In this document: positions 39,615-49,849 of the stretch, in pieces
Layout: each line of letters starts with the position of its first letter
Position numbering within the stretch: the first letter of the stretch is position 1
DNA from: Candidatus Harrisonbacteria bacterium
Lineage (GTDB): Bacteria; Patescibacteriota; Minisyncoccia; UBA6257; UBA11618
Assembly (NCBI GenBank): GCA_023244835.1
Contig: JAHFLN010000001.1
Coordinates: forward strand, 4,912 to 68,911
Length of the DNA stretch: 64,000 nucleotides
Direction: 5' to 3'
The notes under the pieces: model-generated
Told to the model about the DNA's origin: nothing
What the model saw: only the letters and a program-made list of their open reading frames with translations
Databases searched by the model: none
Translations under genes and position numbers: made by a program

Positions 39615-40079
39615 TTAATCCTTCCCAGACTTCGCGCTTATTCCATCGCGTACGATACCCTCAAGCACTGCCGCCGTACTGGCAGCAATGATAGAGCCGA
39701 AGGCAACGAGAAGTCCTATAGCAACCCCGCCTGCCCGGTCATCGCTCGTGTTCAGCATAATGAATACTTCCCCTACCGCGACGAAGCCAATGATAACAAA
39801 GGCGCACCGCCTAATAGTCCGCATGGCATTTACGACTTGTTGCGAAAACGCCTTACCCTCTCGGATATATCGGAGCGCCGTGAATGCCTGATAGAGCGCC
39901 GTGAAAAACGCGATTGATCCTATATAAGCGAATAGTATGAAAGGATCGGAATACATTTCGAAATTCGTGGCGTTCGCGTTCACGCCCTCGACGCGAGGTT
40001 CCCATACGAGAAACGCAAGCGCGCCAATGCCGATAAGCATGATGACTGCTTGAAGAAATATCGTCGGGCCTTTTTTCAT
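39615..40079 (-). CDS. Hypothetical polytopic membrane protein
   Basis: Four predicted TM helices; start chosen at MKKGPTIF. Confidence 0.5.
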   Translation of the reverse strand: MKKGPTIFLQAVIMLIGIGALAFLVWEPRVEGVNANATNFEMYSDPFILFAYIGSIAFFTALYQAFTALRYIREGKAFSQQVVNAMRTIRRCAFVIIGFVAVGEVFIMLNTSDDRAGGVAIGLLVAFGSIIAASTAAVLEGIVRDGISAKSGKD

Positions 40080-40116
40080 ATATAGTTCTTTATGCATACT
40101 ACATTCATCGTAAGAC

Positions 40117-40563
40117 ATGAAGACTACTTTCACCATCGGGGCGTTCGGGATGATATTCGATGCCGAATGGCGCGTGCTTCTCTGCCATAGGACGGACTAC
40201 GACCTATGGAACCTGCCCGGCGGCACTGTCGAGCACGGCGAATCTCCCTGGGATGCCGTGGTGCGCGAAATCAAAGAAGAAACGGGACTGGATGCCATCG
40301 TCTCGCGACTCGCGGGTATCTACAGTAAACCCGACCAGAATGACGTCGTTTTTTCTTTCGTCTGTACGATAACGGGCGGCGTGATAACGCCGAATAACGA
40401 AGCTGATCGTATAGAATGGTTCGCGCCTGCTTCCTTGCCTCCGAATACCTCACCGAAACAAGTCGAGCGTATTATGGATGCCGTTCGGGATCCGAATGCC
40501 ATGCATATGAAAATCCAAACCGGGAAATCCTCGATCGAACTCATCAGGGACGGCCGGCTTTAG
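40117..40563 (+). CDS. NUDIX hydrolase
   Basis: Nudix box GGTVEHGESPWDAVVREIKEETG. Confidence 0.85.
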   Translation: MKTTFTIGAFGMIFDAEWRVLLCHRTDYDLWNLPGGTVEHGESPWDAVVREIKEETGLDAIVSRLAGIYSKPDQNDVVFSFVCTITGGVITPNNEADRIEWFAPASLPPNTSPKQVERIMDAVRDPNAMHMKIQTGKSSIELIRDGRL

Positions 40564-40642
40564 GACGAACTTGAGCGACAGTCCCCGATTACGCTAGACT
40601 GATACTCGTTTTCCGCATTTCACCATTTCAAAGGAGGCATCC

Positions 40643-40729
40643 GTGAGACGCAGCAGACTTCCCGATCCCACCACTATCTTCGCGATCATCATCGGCATAA
40701 TCCTCGTGATTTTCGCCTGGAACCGGTAA
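40643..40729 (+). CDS. Putative 28 aa single-TM micro-protein (GTG start)
   Basis: AAAGGAGG Shine-Dalgarno 5 nt upstream; translation MRRSRLPDPTTIFAIIIGIILVIFAWNR. Confidence 0.35.
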   Translation: MRRSRLPDPTTIFAIIIGIILVIFAWNR

Positions 40730-40784
40730 TGATCGGGAGCAAGCACGCACCCTGATAACCCAAACCACAGAAAGGACAGATGTA

Positions 40785-41402
40785 ATGCCCAACGCATCAG
40801 GCAACCTCTCCGTCCGCGAAGTTCTCGAACAGGCGTTCGCCTTGCTTCTTGAACATTTCAGCGTAACGGCCGTCGACCTGCCTTGCCGCGCGCAGGCGGA
40901 AATAGCCGACGACTCCTTCGTTCCCCATGAGCCCGCATTCGGCTTTATCGGTTACGATCGCGCGGCGCTCGTATGTCTTGTAGACGGCACCCGATGGGCG
41001 CTTAGCAATGGCCGTAAGTGCGGCCAGTATCCGGGCGATGAATACGATTCGGATATTGCCGCGGTCATCCTTACCGGATTTTCCGAAGATGACACGATAG
41101 AGCCCGCGCACCTCGGCTACGCGCTCGCTTCAAACGATCACTTCTTCCACTCCGCGATCGTCGCGTGTCGCGACGGGGGGTTCGGCGTCGCGAACGATTC
41201 GGTATTCCACCAAGCGACGAGCGCGCTCGTCCTGCCCCGCACTCCCGGCTTCGTCGCGACGCCTGCCATTACCGATACGCGGCGAGTCATTGACCCGGGC
41301 ACGATGCGCGTGCGCGTCGCACAGCCGGCGACCTATCGGCCGGACATCGTCCCATTTCTCGCGGATATGATCACCTTGATTATCAAAGGAGAAATCTCCT
41401 GA
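40785..41402 (+). CDS. Hypothetical protein
   Basis: AAAGGACAG Shine-Dalgarno; hairpin plus T-run downstream. Confidence 0.5.
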   Translation: MPNASGNLSVREVLEQAFALLLEHFSVTAVDLPCRAQAEIADDSFVPHEPAFGFIGYDRAALVCLVDGTRWALSNGRKCGQYPGDEYDSDIAAVILTGFSEDDTIEPAHLGYALASNDHFFHSAIVACRDGGFGVANDSVFHQATSALVLPRTPGFVATPAITDTRRVIDPGTMRVRVAQPATYRPDIVPFLADMITLIIKGEIS

Positions 41403-41453
41403 TATCGCGCGAATCAACACCCCCGCTCCGGCCGACCTTCGGCTGGGGCTTTT

Positions 41454-42677
41454 TTACGCTTTTCCCGCAGGCACGCGGCGCAGGAGCGCCGCTCCGAATA
41501 TGATAAACGCGCTGATCGCGACGATCGCCACGCGATACCGGTCGCTGCCGAGTCCCGAAAGCCCAGACACCATAAGCCCCCACACGACCGGCCCCACGAA
41601 TGACGACGCGCGCTCGGCAAGGCCGAAGTACGCGAACGCGAGGTTGTGCTTATCTTTCGGCGCTATATCTCCCATGGCCGAACGCGATACCGTCCATGTC
41701 GCGCCGAACCAGAATCCCATCATCACCGTCGCGAATACGAACCAGGGAAACGACACGAGAAGTCCCACGAGAGGCAAGAGGAAAACCCATCCGCATAAGA
41801 CGACGAAAAGCGTGCGCCTATGCCCGTACCGGTCGGCGATCATACCTGATACCATGCCGCCTATGCCGCACGTCACGAGAATCGCCAAAAGGAGAACGGT
41901 CTTCACCGTATCCGACACGTGCCATACCTGCTCCAGGAATATAGGGAAGTTGTTGGAAACCGTGAGCACCGCATCATTGAAGAGGAAGTACGCTCCCAGA
42001 AATGCCGCGATTCCCGGGCGGAGGAATATATTCTTAGTTTCCGCGACCACTGTCCGTATTGCCTTGCCGAACGGGACCCGCTCCGTTCCCCGCCCAGGCT
42101 CTTCAAACCATATGAGCGTCGGAAGCGACAGGAGAAAGAAAACGACAGTCGCCGGCAGAAGCGTTTCCGCGCGCGGCGACGCATGGAAGACCGTCCACAC
42201 GCCCTTTGAGAACGGGAGCGCGAGGAGGAGCCCGGCGAACTGGCCCGCATAATTCGCCGCGATCCCGAAACCCGATATGCGGCCGCGCCGCTCGGGCGAG
42301 GCGATGTCATTCATAAGCGGCGTATAGAACGTGAACGAGAGGAGATATATATAGAGCGCGAACGCGAAGCATATGAGCGCTCCCCACGCATTTCCCGCGA
42401 CGGCGAAGAGAGCGCACGCGCCATAGAGCGCTGCCGCTGTAGCCGTCGACCAGCGCAATCCCGTAATGCGCCTGAGCGAGCTGTCGAGGAATACGCCGGT
42501 TATAGGCGCCGTGAGAAGCAGAAGAAACGCGGAAAGCGTGAAGGCGAGATTGAAATGAAAATCGGCGATTCCCTTGTCCACGACCGCCCACTGCGCGAAA
42601 TACAGAAAGAACGTTATCGAAACGATCGAATTAGCGAAGTCGTACGCGACCCATAGCGCGACGTTCCTCCGCGTATG
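41454..42677 (-). CDS. MFS-type transporter
   Basis: ~12 TM polytopic; start at MHTRRN chosen to avoid overlap with htpX. Confidence 0.7.
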   Translation of the reverse strand, partial: HTRRNVALWVAYDFANSIVSITFFLYFAQWAVVDKGIADFHFNLAFTLSAFLLLLTAPITGVFLDSSLRRITGLRWSTATAAALYGACALFAVAGNAWGALICFAFALYIYLLSFTFYTPLMNDIASPERRGRISGFGIAANYAGQFAGLLLALPFSKGVWTVFHASPRAETLLPATVVFFLLSLPTLIWFEEPGRGTERVPFGKAIRTVVAETKNIFLRPGIAAFLGAYFLFNDAVLTVSNNFPIFLEQVWHVSDTVKTVLLLAILVTCGIGGMVSGMIADRYGHRRTLFVVLCGWVFLLPLVGLLVSFPWFVFATVMMGFWFGATWTVSRSAMGDIAPKDKHNLAFAYFGLAERASSFVGPVVWGLMVSGLSGLGSDRYRVAIVAISAFIIFGAALLRRVPAGKA

Positions 42678-42694
42678 CATCGGGAGCGCGGCCA

Positions 42695-43615
42695 TCATCG
42701 CGTGCCGCGCAACGCGGCGATACGTTCCGCGACCGGCGGATGCGTGAGGAAGAGCTTCGCGAACCACGGAATCCCCTTCGCCGACCCATGGCGCGCATCC
42801 GCCTTGAACGGGCTCTCGAACCACAGGTGCGCCGTGCTCGCGCTCGCGGACTGTACCGCATGCGGGTCCGCCGAGATTTTCTCGAGCGCGCTCGCAAGAC
42901 CTTCCGGATAACGCGTAAGGAGCGCCCCCGAAGCATCAGCCAAGAACTCGCGCTTGCGCGAGATGGCGAGCTGGATCAGGGTCGCCGCAAGGGGCAGGAG
43001 AATCACGCCCGCGATCGCGAATATACCCGCTAAGGCATTGCGCTCGCCGCCGCGATCGTCCCGGCTCCTCATACCACCCCATATGAACGAGCGCGTCATC
43101 ATATCCGCGGCGATCGATATACAACCCACAAGTACCACAACAACGGTCGACACAAGCATGTCCCAATTCCCGATATGCGACAGCTCATGCGCGATCACGC
43201 CTTCGAGCTCGGGCTTGCCGAGCCGCGCAAGCAAGCCCGTGGTCACCGCGACCACCGCATGCTCGGGATTCCTACCCGTCGCGAACGCGTTCGGGGCCGG
43301 ATCATCAACGACATATATCTTCGGCACGGGCAATCCGGCCGCGATCGAAAGATTTTCGACGATGGCGTAGAGGCCCGGCGCATCACGACGCCCGATAGGC
43401 CTCGCATTCGCCATCCTCAAAACCAGCTTGTCCGAATACCAATAGCTCCCGACACTCATCAGAACGCTTAGTATGACCGCGATAACGAGGATCGCGGGAT
43501 TTTCAAAGTAGACTCCTAATGCATAGCCGAATCCGATAATGACGGCGAAAAAGACCGTGAGCAGAAACCATGTCTTGCGGATATTCGCATCCCTATGCCG
43601 ATATATGTCCATCAA
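42695..43615 (-). CDS. htpX: Zinc metalloprotease HtpX (M48)
   Basis: HELSHIGNWD HExxH motif; TM N-terminus; lemA partner upstream. Confidence 0.88.
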   Translation of the reverse strand: MMDIYRHRDANIRKTWFLLTVFFAVIIGFGYALGVYFENPAILVIAVILSVLMSVGSYWYSDKLVLRMANARPIGRRDAPGLYAIVENLSIAAGLPVPKIYVVDDPAPNAFATGRNPEHAVVAVTTGLLARLGKPELEGVIAHELSHIGNWDMLVSTVVVVLVGCISIAADMMTRSFIWGGMRSRDDRGGERNALAGIFAIAGVILLPLAATLIQLAISRKREFLADASGALLTRYPEGLASALEKISADPHAVQSASASTAHLWFESPFKADARHGSAKGIPWFAKLFLTHPPVAERIAALRGTR

Positions 43616-43618
43616 AAG

Positions 43619-44239
43619 CTAGAACTTCACCGAAACCGGCGCGCGTTCCGCATCAGAAAGCCCTTCGAAGAATTTCTCCGCACCGAAGCCGAACATTCCC
43701 GCAATGATATTCGTGGGGAAGGAATGCACCGCCGCGTTCAACTCCATCACCATCGCGTTGTAGAAGCGGCGCGCGGCCTGGATCTTGTTCTCGGTATCCG
43801 ACAGCTCGCCCTGGAGGCCCATGAACGTCGTATTCGCCTTCAGGTCAGGATAATTTTCCGCGACCGCGAAAAGCGACTTAAGCGTTCCCGAGAGAGCGTT
43901 CTCGGCGGATGCCCGGTCGATAGGGCTCCCGCCTCCCGCGACGCGCGAGCGCGCCTCGGTTATCTTTTCGAACACGCCGCTCTCGTGCGAGGCATATCCT
44001 TTCACCGTCTCCACGATATTCGGAATCAGGTCAAACCGGCGCTTCAGCTGGACATCGATGTCCGAGAGCGCTTCGTGCACGCGGTTACGCACCCGAACGA
44101 GCCCGTTATACGCGGCGACCACCCATAAGACAGCGACGAGCGCGATAAGCGGGATATTGAGAGACCAGCTGATCGCATCGAATAATCCGCTTATAACGAG
44201 CAGGATTATGACTACCCCTCCTATGAAGTTCCAGATCAT
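43619..44239 (-). CDS. lemA: LemA family protein
   Basis: N-terminal TM plus LemA-like sequence; classic lemA-htpX pair. Confidence 0.8.
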   Translation of the reverse strand: MIWNFIGGVVIILLVISGLFDAISWSLNIPLIALVAVLWVVAAYNGLVRVRNRVHEALSDIDVQLKRRFDLIPNIVETVKGYASHESGVFEKITEARSRVAGGGSPIDRASAENALSGTLKSLFAVAENYPDLKANTTFMGLQGELSDTENKIQAARRFYNAMVMELNAAVHSFPTNIIAGMFGFGAEKFFEGLSDAERAPVSVKF

Positions 44240-44271
44240 ATGATTTCAGTGTAGCACTTCCCCCTTCCGCG

Positions 44272-45954
<1,683 letters not shown>

Positions 45955-45966
45955 TCAGGGCGGATA

Positions 45967-46263
45967 TTACGACTCAAGGATCGCGAGGATATCCGCCTCG
46001 TCGGCAACCAAATACTTCTTGCCGTCAAGCTCGACCTCGTCCGGCCCGTATTTCTTGAAAAGCACGAGGTCTCCCACCTTCACGGACATCGGATTCAGCT
46101 CCCCTCGGTCATTCCGCTTGCCCGCGCCGACCGCGAGCACGCGCCCCTTTACCGGCCGTTCTTTTTCCGCTGTATCCGGCAGGACGATGCCTGATTTCGT
46201 CATGCGGTCTTCTTCCATGGCATCGAGAAACACGCGATCAGCAATGGGTTTTATGGTCATCAT
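45967..46263 (-). CDS. groS: Co-chaperonin GroES (as the C-terminal 98 aa of a 328 aa ORF)
   Basis: MMTIKPIADRVFLD...GKRNDRGELNPMSVKVGDLVLF typical GroES; no stop separates it from the upstream nucleotidyltransferase-fold region. Confidence 0.85.
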   Translation of the reverse strand: MMTIKPIADRVFLDAMEEDRMTKSGIVLPDTAEKERPVKGRVLAVGAGKRNDRGELNPMSVKVGDLVLFKKYGPDEVELDGKKYLVADEADILAILES

Positions 46264-46953
46264 AGTACCTAGGAGTATATCCTGTTTTTTCCCATGGTCA
46301 AGAGCGCGAACGCTTTCTCCCGGCGCTTTTTTCGGACGGAAGCACAGCTCGACGCGGCTTTCCGAAACGCTGATGCGCGATTCGCTTGACGCGCCGAATC
46401 GAATGCTCTGCGCCGCGATCCGGCGCTCCTGAATACGCCTCATGAGCGCTTCGCCCCAGGCGCCGAATGCGAAATCGAAGAGCGTCTCCGCGCACGCGAC
46501 AAGCGGGATCTTCTCCTTCCTATAGCGATATCTCACATTCGCGAATATCCCCTCGCGCATCGCCCCTGATGCCGTAAGGAATTCCCCAATCGCCTCCCGC
46601 GTTCCCACGACGGGCACGAGCGACGCGGCGAGGGCCCGTGCATACGCGTCCTCCGGCGCGTCGAGGCGGGCATCCGTCGCTATAAAATGATTCAGGCAAA
46701 AGCCTCTGCCGCGCGCGGCGATATGCGTACGGAGTCCGAGCAAACGGAAAATCCCCAAACAGAAAAAACGCGCCGTATACATACGGCCCGGCCGCGTTCC
46801 GACGATCACATCCCAGTCGGAATTCCTATGGGCATCGCCTGTCGCGAGCGATCCCGACACGAGCACTAAGTCGACGAAGGGGATCCACTCGAAGATCCAG
46901 ACCTTCCCGAGCAGGCCGTGCCATGCGTGGTCGAAAATTCCTTTTTGGTCCAT
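46264..46953 (-). CDS. Nucleotidyltransferase-fold domain ORF continuous in-frame with groES
   Basis: Pol-beta-type motif LVSGSLATGDAHRNSDWDVIV (G[GS]-x9-13-DxD); ATG at 46953 three nt after the rmuC stop. Confidence 0.5.
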
Positions 46954-46959
46954 CAGGGG

Positions 46960-48036
46960 TTATGACTCCCCATCCTGCTCCTCCGCTCGCGGCTTTTCAA
47001 GCAGCGTTGCCTTTATTCCGCTCGATTCCCCCGTCACCTTCAACACATCCTTATCGATCTTTCCGAGCTCTTTGTATGCGGTATTGTACGCGTTCACCGC
47101 AGTGCCAAGATGCGTTCCGATTTTTTCAAAGTAACCCTGATATGCCCCCAGATGCCTGTCGAGATCCTGCACGCGCCGAATGATTATCTCGATCTCCTTG
47201 TGAAGATGCTCGCGGCGTATACCCTGGATAACCGTCTGCAAGTATGCGAGAAACGAGGTTGGTGAGACGATCACCACCTTCTTGTCCTTCATCGCGTACT
47301 CTATGAGATCCTGAGCGCTCGCCGTACCCACGCGGTTTACCAAGAGGTCATAATAGATCGCCTCGGCCGGAATAAACATGAACGCGAAATCCATCGTATC
47401 CTCCTCCGGCCGGACATATTTCGCCGTCTCGTCGATGCGATTCTTCAGGTCGGTCCTGAACGCTTTCTCGAGCCGCGCGCGTTCCTCGCCGTCCTTTGCC
47501 TCGACCAGGCGGTTGTAATTCTCCAAGCTGAATTTCGAGTCGATAGGGATCACCTTCTCCTGATAGAAGACTGCCGCATCAACGATATCCCCGTTCTTGA
47601 ACGCGTATTGCATCTGATATTGGCCGGGCGGAAAGACATTTTTTAGGAGGGTTTCCAAGAGGTATTCGCCGAGTATCCCCCGCTGCTTCGGATTTTTTAA
47701 AATATCCTCGAGTCCCCTGATCTGCTCCATACCGAGCGCGACCTGCTTGTTCGTCGCATCGAGCTTCACGAGCTTTTCGGCAACTTCCTTCATCATGTTC
47801 GCGCTCGAAGCAAACTGGCCGTGCGAAAGGCGATTCGATTCCATAAGCTTTTCGTCGAGCGACTTCCGCAAGCTTTCATTCGCCCGCGCCAATTCGGCCA
47901 TCTGGGCCTGAAGCATCAAGAAGCCCTGCTCGGATGCCCGATCTTCCGGAACATCGAGCTTCTTCCTTATGAGTATGAATAACCCCGTGAAGCCTACAAT
48001 GACAATGACGGCGAGGACCCATGTGCCGGATATCAT
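46960..48036 (-). CDS. rmuC: DNA recombination protein RmuC
   Basis: N-terminal TM, coiled-coil, RmuC-like C-terminal domain. Confidence 0.8.
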   Translation of the reverse strand: MISGTWVLAVIVIVGFTGLFILIRKKLDVPEDRASEQGFLMLQAQMAELARANESLRKSLDEKLMESNRLSHGQFASSANMMKEVAEKLVKLDATNKQVALGMEQIRGLEDILKNPKQRGILGEYLLETLLKNVFPPGQYQMQYAFKNGDIVDAAVFYQEKVIPIDSKFSLENYNRLVEAKDGEERARLEKAFRTDLKNRIDETAKYVRPEEDTMDFAFMFIPAEAIYYDLLVNRVGTASAQDLIEYAMKDKKVVIVSPTSFLAYLQTVIQGIRREHLHKEIEIIIRRVQDLDRHLGAYQGYFEKIGTHLGTAVNAYNTAYKELGKIDKDVLKVTGESSGIKATLLEKPRAEEQDGES

Positions 48037-48107
48037 CCGTTCAGGATATGCCAGCCGGGCAAAAAAAAATAGACGGAGCCGTTCCGTCAGTAACCTATAA
48101 AAAAATA

Positions 48108-48282
48108 AACGGTTGTCGACCCATCATACCCCTCCCATGCGCTCGTGATCTTGGGCGGGCTCACGAAGGAAATAGCCGTAGCCTGCAAACAGATCGCATG
48201 TCCAGGACTTCAACGCATCGCCAAGACGATACTCTTTCATGGACGACGTGTGACCGTGCAGTGATGGGCCGACAAACCGTTT
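48108..48282 (-). ncRNA. Candidate structured RNA 1: 20 bp terminal helix enclosing ~130 nt, intrinsic terminator at 48061-48088
   Basis: AAACGGTTGTCGACCCATCA (48108-48127) pairs with TGATGGGCCGACAAACCGTTT (48262-48282); TTGACG-17-TAAATT promoter-like at ~48285-48315 on minus. Confidence 0.35.
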
Positions 48283-48345
48283 AACCTTATTAATTTACAT
48301 TAATGACTCCATCGCGTCAATATCCGTCCGCACTGGGCAAAAAAA

Positions 48346-48511
48346 ATAGATAGCCGGTTCCTCGTATTTCCATCATGCGGCCTTTCGGAACATCGCTCCT
48401 GGAAATAGCCGAGAGGGCCTATGATCCGTATCCATGGCGTCTATGCCTCGCTGGCAACGTTAGCGAGACTCTTCCACGAGGGATCATAGCGAGGAACCGG
48501 TCGCTATCTAG
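48346..48511 (-). ncRNA. Candidate structured RNA 2 or complex terminator: 19 bp terminal helix plus T8
   Basis: ATAGATAGCCGGTTCCTCG pairs with CGAGGAACCGGTCGCTATCTAG; internal nested helices; A8 on plus strand = T8 on minus. Confidence 0.35.
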
Positions 48512-48543
48512 TACTTACACGGTAGTCTGAAAACTGCTTTGTG

Positions 48544-49272
48544 TCAATGACAGCTCGGATCGGCGGGGTTGATTTCGCAGAGTTGTGACTTCACGACCGT
48601 GACGGTCTTCGGAATCTCCACTGACTGGCCCCCCGCATTACCGCACTTCAGAGTATAGGTCGTCGTGCGCGGCGGCGTTACCGTTACTCCGCCGGAAGAA
48701 GGATCGGCGAGCTTGCCGACCGTCGGCAGTATGCGACACTCGTCGGCATCCTCGCATTGCCAGGTGAGGCGCGATGTCTTCTGAGGCGATATGAGAACTT
48801 TCGGCCCCGCATTAAAGGAACAAGCGATGTCGAAAAGATGCGGCGGTTCGACAGGCACGATGCACTTCGCGAGAGAAACCTTATATGTCGGCCCGTTGAA
48901 ATGAAGCCACCCTACCACGTCAGATCCCCATGCATATCCCGAAAGACTGCATCCCAAAGCTTCCGTTCCCACGACTTTAGGTCCGTATGTCGCCCCCTTC
49001 AGCTTCACGATTCCGTCCCAGTCCCCGGAATTCGCGGAAATGACATTCGAGCAATCACCGCCCTCGGTTGCCGAGCAGACCCGGGCAGTATCCCCCGCAA
49101 GCTTGATCCACCCCACATTCTCCGACCATGCATATCCTCCGAACGCTCCCGTTTCCTCGTCTATCGTTGCCTGGTACCCGGGACCCGCAAAGCCGACCCA
49201 GCCGATATTTTCCGACCACGCATGGCCGGAGAGCGAGACGAGCGCGAAGAGCGGAACGAACAGAAATCCCAT
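48544..49272 (-). CDS. Secreted protein with three internal YAWSENIGW-type repeats and Cys-rich C-terminal region
   Basis: Signal peptide MGFLFVPLFALVSLSGHA; repeats GHAWSENIGWVGFAGP, GGYAWSENVGWIKLAG, SGYAWGSDVVGWLHFNG. Confidence 0.6.
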   Translation of the reverse strand: MGFLFVPLFALVSLSGHAWSENIGWVGFAGPGYQATIDEETGAFGGYAWSENVGWIKLAGDTARVCSATEGGDCSNVISANSGDWDGIVKLKGATYGPKVVGTEALGCSLSGYAWGSDVVGWLHFNGPTYKVSLAKCIVPVEPPHLFDIACSFNAGPKVLISPQKTSRLTWQCEDADECRILPTVGKLADPSSGGVTVTPPRTTTYTLKCGNAGGQSVEIPKTVTVVKSQLCEINPADPSCH

Positions 49273-49278
49273 AGGGAA

Positions 49279-49800
49279 TTAGCAGAATAATCCTCCAAAG
49301 CAGACTATGGTTTTCAACACATTTCCGGCAGTTCCCAAAAAGGTATCGCCCCCATCTCCTGCCGCATTCTGCTTGGTATAGAGCGCCTGCGAACACGGGG
49401 CGGGCGCAGTCGCGCCGCATGATTTCGGCTTCGAACTGATTTGGAGCGAGACAACTTTTATGCCTGTAAGTTGGCCGCCTGAACATTGAAGACCCACGGT
49501 CATCGCGAGGCCGGCCGCGCTCGAGCCGTCGCTCTTACAATCGCACTTCCAGCCAGTCCATGTGCATGACGATCCGGCTTCGAGCCATGACGCGCGCGTT
49601 TCCCCGCCAAGGGTTATGCTCGTAGCCTTCAGGTTATTTACCGTCAAATCGCCCGCCTTCACCTGCCTTCCCGATCCTACCGTGATCGGTGAGGGCGCAT
49701 TGTTCAAGGGCGGAAGCGCCGTCGGTTCGGTGAATGCTAACGCAACGGATGCGATGGCTGACATAGCTGCGATCCCCCCGATAAACAAAGATTTCTTCAT
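49279..49800 (-). CDS. Secreted Cys-rich hypothetical protein, paralog A
   Basis: Signal peptide ...ALA|FTEP; shared block with the next gene (SCxWxGWKCDCKSD, KSCGAxAPAPC, C-terminal CFGGLFC). Confidence 0.6.
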   Translation of the reverse strand: MKKSLFIGGIAAMSAIASVALAFTEPTALPPLNNAPSPITVGSGRQVKAGDLTVNNLKATSITLGGETRASWLEAGSSCTWTGWKCDCKSDGSSAAGLAMTVGLQCSGGQLTGIKVVSLQISSKPKSCGATAPAPCSQALYTKQNAAGDGGDTFLGTAGNVLKTIVCFGGLFC

Positions 49801-49849
49801 AGTAGTATCATACCCCGGAACCGAACCTCCGCTCTTGTGGATAAGTCCC

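Noticed and set aside
48126-48242. 38 aa minus-strand ORF (MKEYRLGDALKSWTCDLFAGYGYFLREPAQDHERMGGV) inside candidate ncRNA 1, and plus-strand ORF 48021..48284
   Set aside because: No Shine-Dalgarno. The plus-strand ORF runs antisense through rmuC's start. The region is better explained as structured RNA.
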